From Azolla caroliniana (lineage: Eukaryota > Plantae > Polypodiophyta): 64,000 nucleotides of DNA. Below, piece after piece: positions 13,055 to 24,700 of this stretch. The first letter of the stretch is position 1, and every line of letters starts with the position of its first letter. A model generated the notes under the pieces. It did not search any database and was not told where the DNA came from. It saw only the letters and a program-made list of their open reading frames with translations. The stretch is from positions 8,866,001 through 8,930,000 of the forward strand of contig JBHGNT010000002.1 in NCBI GenBank assembly GCA_043228905.1, in the 5' to 3' direction. Both the position numbers and the translations under genes were made by a program.

Positions 13055-14100
13055 CAACTAGAGTGCCTCCAATGAGTATATCCAAGTTGATACCTAGCTA
13101 AGCGATGACAATATGGAGTTCTTTTCCTTCTTTTAAATCAAATGTGTTCAAACATAAAAATCACATCTTAAATACAAGATTTGAAGAACAATGATTGCAT
13201 CCATCTCATAAGAAGAAATGGAATTATGTTTTCAACCTATCTTGAAATCAATGTCGTCCAAGAGACTATATTATGGAATGGAAGTCTTTTGAAGCCCCTT
13301 CATTTCGTTGTATCCCCATGCTTTCTCATCTCTTTAAATAGTTGAATTGCCTTGTTAGCATAGCCTAGAATCATGAAAGAACAAGATACCACATTTAACC
13401 TTCCACAATATACAAAACCATCATTAGTGTATGAGTTGAGGATGCATATTCCAAACCCTATTTTTAGATACAACTATGCATTTCTTATCCAGTTTCTACT
13501 ACTCGAAAACTTCCACATGTTTTCAAGGCACAAACAATGTGATGACATTCAAAGATATAACTTCCGAATGCCTATGTAGGTGCCATATAAAAGCATCCTC
13601 CCCCCACCTGTTTTCAACCTATCTTGAAATCAGTGTTGTCTTGAGTGTCTCCGTAAGAAAGCCACATTTCATATACATATTCAGCAAGACAGTTCCAACA
13701 ATCACATTACTTCCAAGTAATCCTTACTTTGTTATCACCACATTCATTCCTTGGCCTTTGCTAACAACACATGCATGTCCACCTTGGCCAATACATATCC
13801 TCTAATGAGTGAGGTCCAAAGCACCACATTTGAAAGCCATGTGTAAAAATTTTATCATTTTCAGCTTTTAATGAGCTCATCCATTCTGACAAAATAGAAA
13901 AACTTCTTCCCTTTCTATACATATCCCATGTTGCCACGTGTGCTTTCAACAAACCAGAAAATAAGTCTTGAAGGTCTTTCTTCTTGGCCCAAGACTTGAG
14001 ATTGCATAGAATCTCAGTTATTTCTTTCTTTTCAACTGCTCATAGACTGCCATTGACATACATAACTCCCAAGATAGTACCAAGAACAGTTATACATAGC
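13055..14100 (-). pseudogene. PLS-class pentatricopeptide repeat (PPR) pseudogene, proximal part
   Basis: Minus-strand remnants LKSWAKKKDL, GLLGSNVIVGTVLLNMYMKCGFL, VCALKTCGS..G.EMHSCI.K.GLE and LIGGTLVDM, with stops. Confidence 0.7.
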
Positions 14101-14109
14101 CACATGCCT

Positions 14110-15880
14110 CATATCAGTGGAGGAAATACCTAAAGAGGTGGTGGATACATCCAACGTATACAATAATTAACCATGTAAAATAGATTCATCTTTTCCCATC
14201 TCTTCTTAAAAACCTCTTTCTTTCAAAAGACTGCATTTGAATCACCCTTGATAGTGTCATATTCCCCTTTTAGTATATGCACCAAAGTCAACCAAATCTT
14301 CTTGACTACATCCACAACATTCCAATGTTGAATTTGCTGAAATATCCTTTGACATCTACTAGTCCACAAAACCCATAATGTTATGGAACTAATAGTCTCC
14401 CAAACCACCTCATTATGTACTGAATTAATAGGCATACACGACGACATTTCCTCAACATATCGACCTCTTGTATGTAATGCAAAGGTAACCTTTTCTTGTT
14501 CATAATCTTGTACCTCACCCTTAATAGCAATGCAGATCATTGCCCTCATTTATATACTCTAGAGCCATATACCTCATGCAATAGATGTAATATCCTTTTC
14601 CAAACCAATTTAGCAGTCGTACATGACCAGAATATGTGATGAAGAGACTCCATCTCTAATCCACAAAAATCACACATCTTATCCATATCCTTACAATGCA
14701 TCCAAACCCTAACAGGAACCATCTAAATAGAATAATCTTCTTTGGAATTTGCATAGCCCATAGCCATTTCCAAAATGTTGTCATATGAGTAGAATCAACA
14801 TTATAACTCAACCATGTTGTAGCTGTTGTCGGGCAATGAGCTATCCTATGTCGTAACATCTCTATCCTAATCCCATTCCAATTCACATAATGGTTTTTTT
14901 CCCACTACCCATAGATCCCACCATGGATGAATAACATTAGGATCAGGGTTTGGATCCAAATCTTATCTCCCTTAGCGAGAATTCTAGTGGGTTTTAATGT
15001 AGCCTCAGCGAGACATTCATCTTCTAAGGGGATCAACCGTAATCATCCATCCTGTAAAACATCATAACTCAAGAAAGTATCCTTATCTCGAAGGCCACAG
15101 ACTCCAAGTAAAATTTGAAAATAAACCCACCCACTTATGACAATTAGAATGTATATTATCCATCAAGGGTAGCTGCAATTTCCTTAACTCATCAACCATC
15201 ATCTTTCCTTCTCTTATTCCTCTATATTCTTGTTGCATAATATCAATAGGATTTTCACGAACAAAGCGTTGCACTTACTAAGAGATGAGGCAAAAGATGA
15301 ATCCACTTGAGCCCAATTTAATCTCATTCTCCACCCCAACATAGATCCTTCATCATCTAGAAATAAAGGATTCCAAACCAAGGGTTGATGTAACCATTCA
15401 TCCTTCAAAGTGGGCCAAACTTGTTGCAAATTATCTTTTAGGGACCACCAAGATCGCGTTATCGTAGCAAAGAACCTATCATTCTGAAATACTATCTTAT
15501 GCGAATGAAAGTTAGGAATAAACCACCATAGAAGAGACCTTGTCCATTCACCTCCAGTTTTCGAGAAGACCTCTTTCATTCTTAACTGAAGAAGCATCTT
15601 CCATAGTTCATTTCCTAGCAGTAAACCTCACACTATAAATTTTGCCAATAGTGGCTTACATTGCATTAGAGGATCTACCAAACCTAAACCCCCTTGAGAG
15701 GTCGTTGCTATAATAGTTTTCCAAGCTACCTTTGGTCTAACATTCTTAAAATTAGTGGAACCCCATAAGAAATTTCTAATCTACCTCTGTAACTTTGACA
15801 ACAAAGATCTGGAGAATAATCAAGAGGAAAAAATATACCACATTGAGGAGAGTAATACTTGATTAACATAATTAGACTTA
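14110..15880 (-). mobile_element. L1/Tx1-like LINE, 5'-truncated ORF2 C-terminal region
   Basis: KVAWK..GGLGLVDP, QPLVWNPLF, FWKWLW...PKKI..F.W (zf-RVT region), ITLWVLW.SRC; homologous to 40500-42285. Confidence 0.8.
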
Positions 15881-16393
15881 TTGTAGAGACAAGTGCTTAA
15901 TTACGTAACTAGCGCTTAAGATTTACTTAGTTGAAGAACACTTGATGGATAGTATTAACGGATAGAGAACATGATTAGAGAAACAAAGTTCGATTCCCAT
16001 CCCATGGTAAAATAGGGTAGAGGCTCCACCCACACATGCAAAAACCCAATGCGAATTCACAGGACAAAGGTAGTGATCACTAAATTTTTAGCATAGCAGG
16101 ATCTTCTGGTAAGTGTTGAATAAGCAAAATATATGAGGCCATTGGACCTCATCAAATTCTTTTGTGACACCTTTTCATTCGACTAAACAAATCATTGAGA
16201 CCGTGTTGCTACTGTGTGTGACCTGTCAGTGATGAAAAATCTAGAGTCTAGTACTATCAAGCTCTCTTGGTGAGGATGGATGGATAGTGGCGATGAAGAG
16301 AGGAACAACCATTGTGGTTTTGGAGGTTCTAGGGTGGGTTTTTGAACGGTGACTTTGTTTCATTGGCCATATCGGTTTGTTGTTGTTGTGACA

Positions 16394-17949
16394 TGTTACC
16401 CTGTACGAGATGTACGGAGAGTCAAGTGTGATGAGCGAGGGTTGAATGTTATCATGATGTTGTGTATATGTAGGGGGTATAAATGTAGTTGTGAGTCTAT
16501 ACGTATGTGAACACATGACCGGATGGGCTGAACGGCCAAAATGATGATGAAGTCGGGACGATCACCGGCTTGTGGTGGCTAGACAACCAACGGCCGGAGC
16601 AGTGGCCGAACGGCAAGCAGTGGCGGCAACCGGATGGCCATGACAAAGACAGTGGTGTCGGCCTCACAGTAGCCTGATAGTGGCAGTGGCCGAACAGCGG
16701 CCAGAGCAGTGGTGATCGGATAGCCGATGAAGAAATGGCGGAAATAACCAGAAACAGCCGGTAAGAACGGCCAGACGGACTAAAAAGGACCGGGACGGAC
16801 AAACGGATGGACCGGAAGTGTCGGACAGAGACGGTAAAAGAAGTGGCTGAAAACAAGGCGGCGACCGGGAAGCAGTCGTCTGCAGTCGGGGCGGCCAAAA
16901 TGCACAGAAGTGGCCGAAATGCAGCCAGAATGACCAGAGTGGCTGAAATGTGGCCAGAAAGGCCGGACAACTGACGTCGAAACGACGGGCCGGATAGTGT
17001 AGGCAACAGATAGAGGAGTGGGGACAACCAACGGTCATGAGTGGCCGGTAGACTGATAGAGACAAAGAAATGGAGATAGTGACGAAGAGACCTTGGAATG
17101 AGAGAAAGAACGAACAACCGAACACCCGGACTACTGGATCGCCAGAAACAGAGAAGGAACTAGAACACACAGAGAAGAAAGTGCAGAGTATAGAAGAGAA
17201 GGAAGAGAAGGCATAGAACATAGGATGGGGAAAAACGAGAAAGGAAGAAGAAGACAAATACGAAAGAAGAAGTAGATGAAGAGAGGAGAGAAAGGAAGGC
17301 AAAGAGAAGCAGGAAACGAAAGCAGAAAGAAAGAGGAGGAAGAGGAAGTTAAAAGCTGAGACAAACGGCTAAGAAGGAACTGCAAGAATGACAAGAGCAT
17401 AAGAAGAAACAGAACCAAGAGAGAGAGGAGAAAAGCAGACAGAAAACAGAAAAAAGCATCCAAGGAATTTCGAAAAAAACCTAAGGGCATGTGCAAAATT
17501 TTAAAAACATGACGGTACATACTAGCATTTTCAAAATAGAAAGGCACCAACGGAATTTCAAAAACTCATCAACCTAAAAGAAATGGATGTGATCCACACG
17601 TGACTCACAAGATACAAAGAAGAACACACATAAATACAATGTTTTTTGACGACCCAAATGATGTTACCAAAGTTCATAAGTCGACAGAACGAGAATGTTC
17701 GTGTCGCAGAAGAGTTGCTAACCGACAAAGATGTTCGAGTCAAGCACTCCAATCGAGGGAGTCAATCAATGAAAGGACCGATGGAAGTTCCGATCGAAGA
17801 AATATCATCATCAAGGCATGTGGGATCGACGTGCAAGGCACTTTCCCACGGGCGTGCCATATTGTGTTACCCTGTACGAGATGTACAGAGAGTCAAGTGT
17901 GATGAGAGAGGGTTGAATGTTATCATGATGTTGTGTATGTGTAGTAACA
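16394..17949 (-). mobile_element. Non-coding LTR-type element with ~80-bp terminal direct repeats and a tRNA-Arg-like PBS (Tat-like or TRIM-like)
   Basis: 16394-16473 is nearly identical to 17865-17944; minus-strand TGGCACGCCCGTGGGA at about 17844-17859 lies just inside the right repeat; flanks TGACA/TAACA. Confidence 0.6.
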
Positions 17950-18325
17950 AATTCGATGAATGTTGAAAATCTTTGGAATCTTCGGTTCCTTGACATTCAT
18001 GCAACACACCAATAAGGGCTTGCCCCATAATTATAAAACTCTTCCACAAGACCTAGAAGTTCTATTTGGAGGCAATGTTACAAAAGTTGTAGTTGGAAAA
18101 CGTGAAATGCACATACCCATCAATCAAATAAGGTCAACGAATATCCTAATTGCCTACTATGTTCCTGGAATAACAAATTTAGGATATTCACTGACCTCAT
18201 TTGATTAGTGAAGCAACTGCCAATGGAGCCATAATAGAATTTGTTTTAATTGTGTTATTATCTTACACCAACTACCTACTAGAGAAATATTGAAAACCTC
18301 ATACCCAAAACTTGGTTGTCTTTAT

Positions 18326-18730
18326 TAACAATTGGCAACGGTTCAGGTTTAGGTTTTTAAAAATGGTTATGTTCGGTTTCAACAGTTAGAAACCGTAGTT
18401 TAAATGGTTTAATGGTTTTTTATTTATTATTATTATTTTTTAAATTTTAAAAAAAAATTAAAATTATTTTTTAACATTCTTTTCATTTTTAGACCTTATT
18501 CTCACATTTTAGGAACATCTTAAAAATTTTAAAATTAAAACAAATAAAATATGATAAATTTTAAAAATTTTAAAATTAAAATTTGACCTATGTTGAAAAT
18601 CGAAACCAAACCACGAAACCAGTTCGGTTTAACGGTTTCGTGGTTCGATTCGGTTTGGTTCAAGTTTCAAAATTTTTAAACAGTTCAGTTTGGACCCTCT
18701 CAAACCGAACCGAAATATTGCCAATTGTTA
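18326..18730. mobile_element. hAT-superfamily MITE (405 bp)
   Basis: Perfect 13-bp TIR TAACAATTGGCAA/TTGCCAATTGTTA; 8-bp TSD GTCTTTAT at 18318-18325 and 18731-18738; clustered subterminal AACCG/CGGTT motifs; AT-rich core. Confidence 0.93.
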
Positions 18731-18884
18731 GTCTTTATCCTCTTCAATTGATAGGCAAAACATTAATCCTAGCTCACACAAAATTAGGGAACCTCACCAC
18801 CAATATCAAGTTTTACTTTGACATTATTGTTTGGTCATATGAACCCAAAATGAATGAAAATAGGTATGAGTAAAAAAGAAAGAC

Positions 18885-19300
18885 TATTGTAGTGAATTCA
18901 CTCTAACATGTGTGAAGTATTGCAAAACACATGGTTGGATGGTAACAAATACATTGCCACCTTTATTGATGAACTCTACAAGATTTACAATTCAGTATTT
19001 TATGAAGGCAAAAATCTAGAGGTTTAATTGTCCTCACAACCTATAAATCTTACGTGGAGAATCAATGTCAAAGCAAAATAAGCACAATTAGAACAATGGA
19101 AATGAATATGTTTCATGAGAATGGAGAAAGTTTTGACAAGAGCGTGACAATAGAGATGAGCATATTGTTCCTTACAACTGCAACAAACTAGCATCATGAA
19201 AGGAAATAATTAAACACGATTGGATATTGGTCATAGTATGTTCACAATCAGTTCCAACAATATGCTATTGTGATAACTTGCACCTCATAAAGTTATTGGC
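18885..19300 (+). pseudogene. Decayed Copia integrase fragment
   Basis: HSNMCE....LDGNKYIATFIDE remnant followed by IRT/EY-like and YN.QQ-like remnants. Confidence 0.55.
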
Positions 19301-19888
19301 TTGAGCACTCCATATGGAGTGTTGTTTTACCACAAACCAAATCTCTCACATCTTGCAGAATTCCATGCCACTCCCTGTAATCATATTCTACAAGAAAAGG
19401 GAACAAAATAAGGTCCACCTGCTAGAAAACATACTTTTATTGGTTACGGAGAATAAACCAAAAATAAAACTTACAAATTATTTTATCCCAGACAAGGCAA
19501 TTTCTATCAAGTTGATATGTCATATTTGATGAGGAGGCCATATTGTGAAAATATGCACTCTATGTGTGAAACAAGTGCGGGACACTCAAGAACTTGAACC
19601 AAAGAGGATGGGATTAGTTTGAATTGTTGATGTCAGAGTGCTCGAAACATTTCACCTTCAACACTTGCTTTTTGGGGAATGTTTATTTCTTATAGTATTC
19701 TCGGGTGCAGTGTATTACATGATTGTGTGTGCTCGCGAAGATGTCATCTACAAAAGTTGAGGCACAACTCTGACAATAGTAGTTGCAAGTGTGAGGTTGG
19801 CGATGGTAGGTCACAGTGTCAACAATGTCTCATATTGTTGCAGCAAGATTAAGCCCTTTCCTCTATCAAGAGGAAAGCTTCAGTCACA

Positions 19889-20070
19889 AGCTTTGCTTGA
19901 AGCTTGAGGAAATGCCCCTTTCCTCATGACTTCGAGAAAAAGGGAAGGTCGAGACATGAGCTTTGCTTGACGCTTGAGGAAATGCCCCTTTCCTCATGAC
20001 TTCGAGAAAAAGGGAAGGTCGAGACATGAGCTTTCCTTGAAGCTCGAGGAAAGGCCCCTTTCCACATGGT
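19889..20070. repeat. 70-bp tandem repeat, about 2.6 copies
   Basis: Unit AGCTTTGCTTGAAGCTTGAGGAAATGCCCC...GAGACATG starts at 19889, 19959 and 20029. Confidence 0.85.
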
Positions 20071-20489
20071 TTGAAGGAAAACACTGGAAGTTCGAAACAC
20101 AACCTTTCCTTGAAACTCAAGGGAAGGCCCACTTCCATCTAGTTTGGAGGAAACGATCGACGAAGATTTCCTTGAAGCAAGGGTCAAGGCCCATCTTCAA
20201 GAAAATAAATTGACTAATATTGTAAATTTGGCCGAGTCTTCACTTCTTCTAACTTCGTTCGATGGCCAGGACACTGGCCTCAATCAACATGGCGGATTCG
20301 ACATATTCGTTTTAATCATAACTTTTTGCTTGGTGGTTTGAATCGTGTTCTGAAAATCCCTTCACAAACCTTGTCTTGGTGTGATGAATTCTTTCGTGAG
20401 AGATTCCAAAATCCATTTTTCATTGAATTTGAGATAAATCTCACGTAACTTCACATATTGTGCTCAAATTTCTAAGTCGAAAAATCTAT

Positions 20490-20663
20490 TTAGGATAATA
20501 GGTTTATCATGTGGTCGGCCACAACTGAGTCTCAATCGCACAGTGGAAGAAAATAGAAAACAGAAATAAGACAACACAAAATATTAACGTGGAAAACCCT
20601 AATCGCGAAAAAAACCACGAGAGTTCTTGAAACTTCGAACAATATCACTATAGGGAGGATGTA
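20490..20663 (-). repeat. Distal (R/U5) fragment of a Copia family A LTR
   Basis: Reverse complement matches 60602-60760 (CGTGGTTTTT..GGGTTTTCCACGT..CTCAGTTGTGGCCGA); left end approximate. Confidence 0.75.
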
Positions 20664-21761
20664 TTCAAGAAGAGTCATATGCCTCTCCTAAAGCTTCTTC
20701 AAAGGACCCCCCTGTTGTATTTTGTTGTCGTATCTTGTAGATTCTTTCTTGTAACTCATCCATGGCTACCCGACTGAAGGATATCACTTGCAATCCTTCC
20801 AGTATCCCACATCGCCTCATCTCCGCTTTGTAGTCACGTATATAGCATGACACATCATTTCCGTTGAATTGCCCGTTTCGTTGCACAAGCCGCTCTACTG
20901 CCGACTTCATCTCTGACATCGCACGTTGCTCTTGTTGCATCCGCTCAATCATCATCATCATCATGTTCATCGCCTCTTGTTGATTTTCCATCTCCTTGCC
21001 ACCCGTTTTCACGTCGGGTTCACCACTTGTGTCGTGCCTCTCAGCTCCGGATCGTTTACGTGAGTCGGGTGGGAACCGTTGAGGTTATGGACTAGGAAGA
21101 GGAAGAATTTGAGATAAGGCTAGTAATGAATAGATTATTAGAAAGAGAGATAGAAATTTCGTGAATCCCACGAGTGTATTGTATTCGATTAATCAATATT
21201 TAGATAAGAATATGTATTTAGATTGAAAGAAAGAGATAAAAGAACTTGTGAATCCCACAAGTATAGATTATTAATTGGTGTTTTAGGAAATATATCCAAT
21301 TTCCAAATATTTTTCACACCATTACATTGTGCTCCTCATCCTTATATAGAGATGAGAGAGTCTTTTCTAACCCATGCGTTTTCTCTAATTATAGACTCCA
21401 TGCTTTTCCTATATGCTTTATCTAAAGTGATTATGCTTTTTCTAACTTGTGCGTTTTTTATCAACTATAGTGTTCATGCACGCTAGATGTGCATGCGTAG
21501 CTTTTTCTTTTAGCATGCGTTTTTCTTTTAACTAAAGTTTATCCTACGTGAACTTACGTTTTTTATGTGTGACATCTACTTTTTAACATGAATGAAATGC
21601 TAGTGTAATGGTAAGACATTACATTATTAACATGGAGGTCCAAGGTTCGAATCTTGGCCTATGCATGTTATATATATTTTAATATTTTCTACTATTTATT
21701 CATATTTATTAAATCGGTACTTTATAAGTTTTTCACGTAGTGTACGAAATACACTACGACA
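20664..21761 (-). mobile_element. Phygy-like non-chromovirus Gypsy: 5' LTR, tRNA-Trp PBS and truncated gag
   Basis: LTR 21030-21761 (TGTCGTAG...GCACGACA on minus); plus-strand TCACGTCGGGTTCACCA 21009-21025 equals the plant tRNA-Trp 3' end; gag-like ORF 20665-21012 (FNGNDVSCYIRDYKAEM). Confidence 0.85.
21594..21664 (+). promoter_or_regulatory. tRNA-like cassette (A-box, partial cloverleaf, B-box) in the Phygy-like LTR U3, antisense to the element
   Basis: TAGTGTAATGG 21601-21611; D-stem GTGT/ACAT; 7-nt loop in TACAT/ATGGA stem; AGGTC; CCAAGGTTCGAATCTTGG; TTTT run at 21677-21680. Confidence 0.65.
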
Positions 21762-24700
21762 GCGCGTCCTTCGTTGCCCTTTTCTCCGCATGGCCATCAG
21801 TTGTTTCGGCGTATCCGAATCGAACATTCCGATTGAATCGAACACTTTTGATTCAATTCCGCTCTCATCCGAATTGGTTGTCTCCAATTCGTCTTCAGTC
21901 TTCAGGCCTTTGACCACATCAGACCACATCTTGGTCTTGGCCTTTACGCCCTTCTTGGCTGTATCTCCCCTTGATTTTGTTGTCGTCGGCTCTTCCCTAC
22001 TATTGCGGCTCTTGCTCTCTTCTTCGGCTTCTTCAGCCGGTCCGAAATCGAATTCTTCATCCGATTCCTCATCACGGTCACTTCCGTTGTGATGTTCCTG
22101 TTTGTCTTCCTTCCTCCCCCTCAAGTTCGGCAAGTCGAGGTGACGCAACCCAAGCGCACCCGAGAATTGCCGCAACTTGTCCAGACCAAGAGGCTTGATG
22201 AAGATGTCGGCAATTTGTCAATCCGTCGGAAGATACGCCAGTTCGACTTTACCTGAAAAGACCCGCTCGCGGACAAAATGGTAATGCACCTCAATGTGCT
22301 TGGTCCGGGCATGGAACACAGGGTTCTTCGCAAGGTGGATACGGCTAAGGTTGTCACAATAGATCGTCGTCGTATCAAACACCTCTACCTACAGATCCCA
22401 TAATAGCCATTTCAACCAAATGACTTCTCACATAGCGATAGTCGCCCCTTGATATTCGGCCTCCGTGCTCGACAGTGCTACTGTCGGCTGCTTTTTGTTG
22501 CTCCACACGATCGCCGCACTTCCCAATGAGAGCGCATATCCAGAAGTGGATCGATGATCGTGGGTGTTTCCGGCCCAATCGGCATCCGTGTAGCCGACTA
22601 ACTGTTCGGCTACGCCTGCTCAATATAGCAACGCCATGTCTTTCATGCCGCTTACATATCGCAATATCCTTTGCGCGCACTGAAAATGTTCGGTCATAGG
22701 CTATGACATGAATTGACTGATTAAGCCAACCGGGTAGCTAAGATCCGGCCGAGTAATCGTCAAATAGATAAGGCTTCCGACAATTTGTCGAAACCGTGTA
22801 GGGTCGCATGCCTTTCCCAAGTCTCGGCGAAGCTTTTCGTTTCTATCCAGAGGGGTCAAGATGGGCTTACAGTTTTCCATCCCGAACTTGAAGAGCATAT
22901 TCAACGCGAAAAATAACGTTGAGTGATCAATATGCCTTCGAGGGTATGGATCACTTCGATCTCGAGGAAGTAATGAAGGTCTCCGAGATCCTTCATTTCA
23001 AATGATGCCACAAGCTGAAACTTCACGCGGCGGATTTCATCAACATCGGCATCGGTGATGACTAAATCATCAACATACAAGAGCAACTGACCGATCCATA
23101 TTGACATTGCCGAACAAATAGAGAAGAGTCTGATTTCGACGTTGTAAAGCCCATCCTACACAGTTGTTGCATAATCTTCGCATTCCAGGCTCACATGGCT
23201 TACTTAAGTCCGTACAGTGACTTCTTCAGTCGGCAAACTGCCGAGGTGTTTCGTTTAGATAGAAATCCGGGGGGTTGTACCATGTACACCTGTTCCTCAA
23301 GATCACCTTGCAGGAACGCGTTCTTTACATCCATTTGATGTAAGTGCCACCCCTTTGCCGCAGCTACGGCTAGCAGAACACAGACGGTGGTCATCTTCGC
23401 GACAGGCGGGAAGGTCTCGTCATAGTCTACGTCGTGCTTCTGCGCGTAGCCTTTCGCTACTAAATGGGCCTTGTAGCGGTTGAGAGAGCCATCGATGTTC
23501 TATTTCACGTTATACACCCATCTGCATCCGATCGGCTTTACACCCTTCGGTGCGTCAACCAGGTCCCATGTCTCGTTTTGCGTTAAGGCGCCCATCTCTT
23601 CCTCCATCGCGACACACCAATTTGCGTCTCTCGCCGCTTTTGCGTAGCTCTCCGGCTCACGCACTTCCGCCACTTGCATCATGTACGCGTAATGGTGTGC
23701 CATGTACTCATTATACCCATATCTTTTTAAGGGGTTCTTCTGGCAGGTAGATCGGTGTAAATCATGATTACCCGATTTAACGGCTTTTTCGGCCAATTTC
23801 AACCTCTTCCGTAGAGGTTCCTTTCTGACTGGCTCGAGGTCAGTTTCACTTCGAACTGACTCAGCACTACCGAAATCGTATTCCGGCGTCTTCTTCTTCC
23901 CCTTCTCCTTGCGGGTAAACTGTCTCCTCGGTTCTTTACGCGGGGACATCATGACCAATTCTCCACTACTCACCGTCTCATCATCTGGTTGGCCATCTCG
24001 GCCCAACCCCTCATTCGGCCGACTTAGCCGAAATGAGATCGGACTCTCTCACAGTGCTCCGATTTCTTCATCATGCAGAGGCATCCAAGCCTCGCTGACT
24101 TCTTCCTCAGAATTCGGAATGGAGTCATGAGGTATTGGAGGTGAGGGCAAGTACCACGAAGCGGATTCCTCGAATACGACATCTCGACTTACGCGTACTT
24201 CCTTTGTTCAGGGGTTATAGCATTTATACCCCTTTTGCTCATCTGAATAGCCGACCAAGATACATTTCTCAGCTTTAGCATCCAGTTTCCTCCTTTTCTT
24301 CTTCGGCACGTGCATATACGCAATGCTACCGAAAATCCTCAAGTGTGCTAGATTCGGCTTCTTTCCGAAATATAGCTCATGTGGCGATACTCCTCCATTA
24401 GCAGAAGTCCAATTCTACAAGTAGAAAGCCTTCTTCACGGCTTCGGCCCAATAAAATTTCGGCATATGTTTCTCTTCAAGCATTGCCCTGGCCGCTTCTT
24501 CAATCGTCTGATTCTTCCTTTCGGCTACGCCGTTCTGCTCCGGCGTATATCTACACGAGAATTCACGCCGAATTCCCTCCTTCTGTAGATAACTCGTGAA
24601 CTGGTCGGCGAAGTACTCCTTCCCACCATCGGACCGTAGGCACTTGATCTTACGCCCCGTTTCCCTTTCCGCGAGGCTCTTCACCTCCAGGAAACATGCG

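Noticed and set aside
16497-17550. Several 140-210-aa minus-strand ORFs
   Set aside because: Low-complexity S/F/L products of CT-rich and GC-rich sequence with non-ATG starts and no domain motifs
19550-20490. Possible decayed Copia gag/protease on the minus strand
   Set aside because: Only vague motif echoes; cannot be supported without alignment
21009-21025. Perfect match to the tRNA-Trp 3' end including CCA
   Set aside because: It is a primer-binding site next to an LTR, not a tRNA gene
21594-21664. Possible functional tRNA gene
   Set aside because: No acceptor stem and a non-canonical anticodon loop; reported only as a tRNA-like cassette
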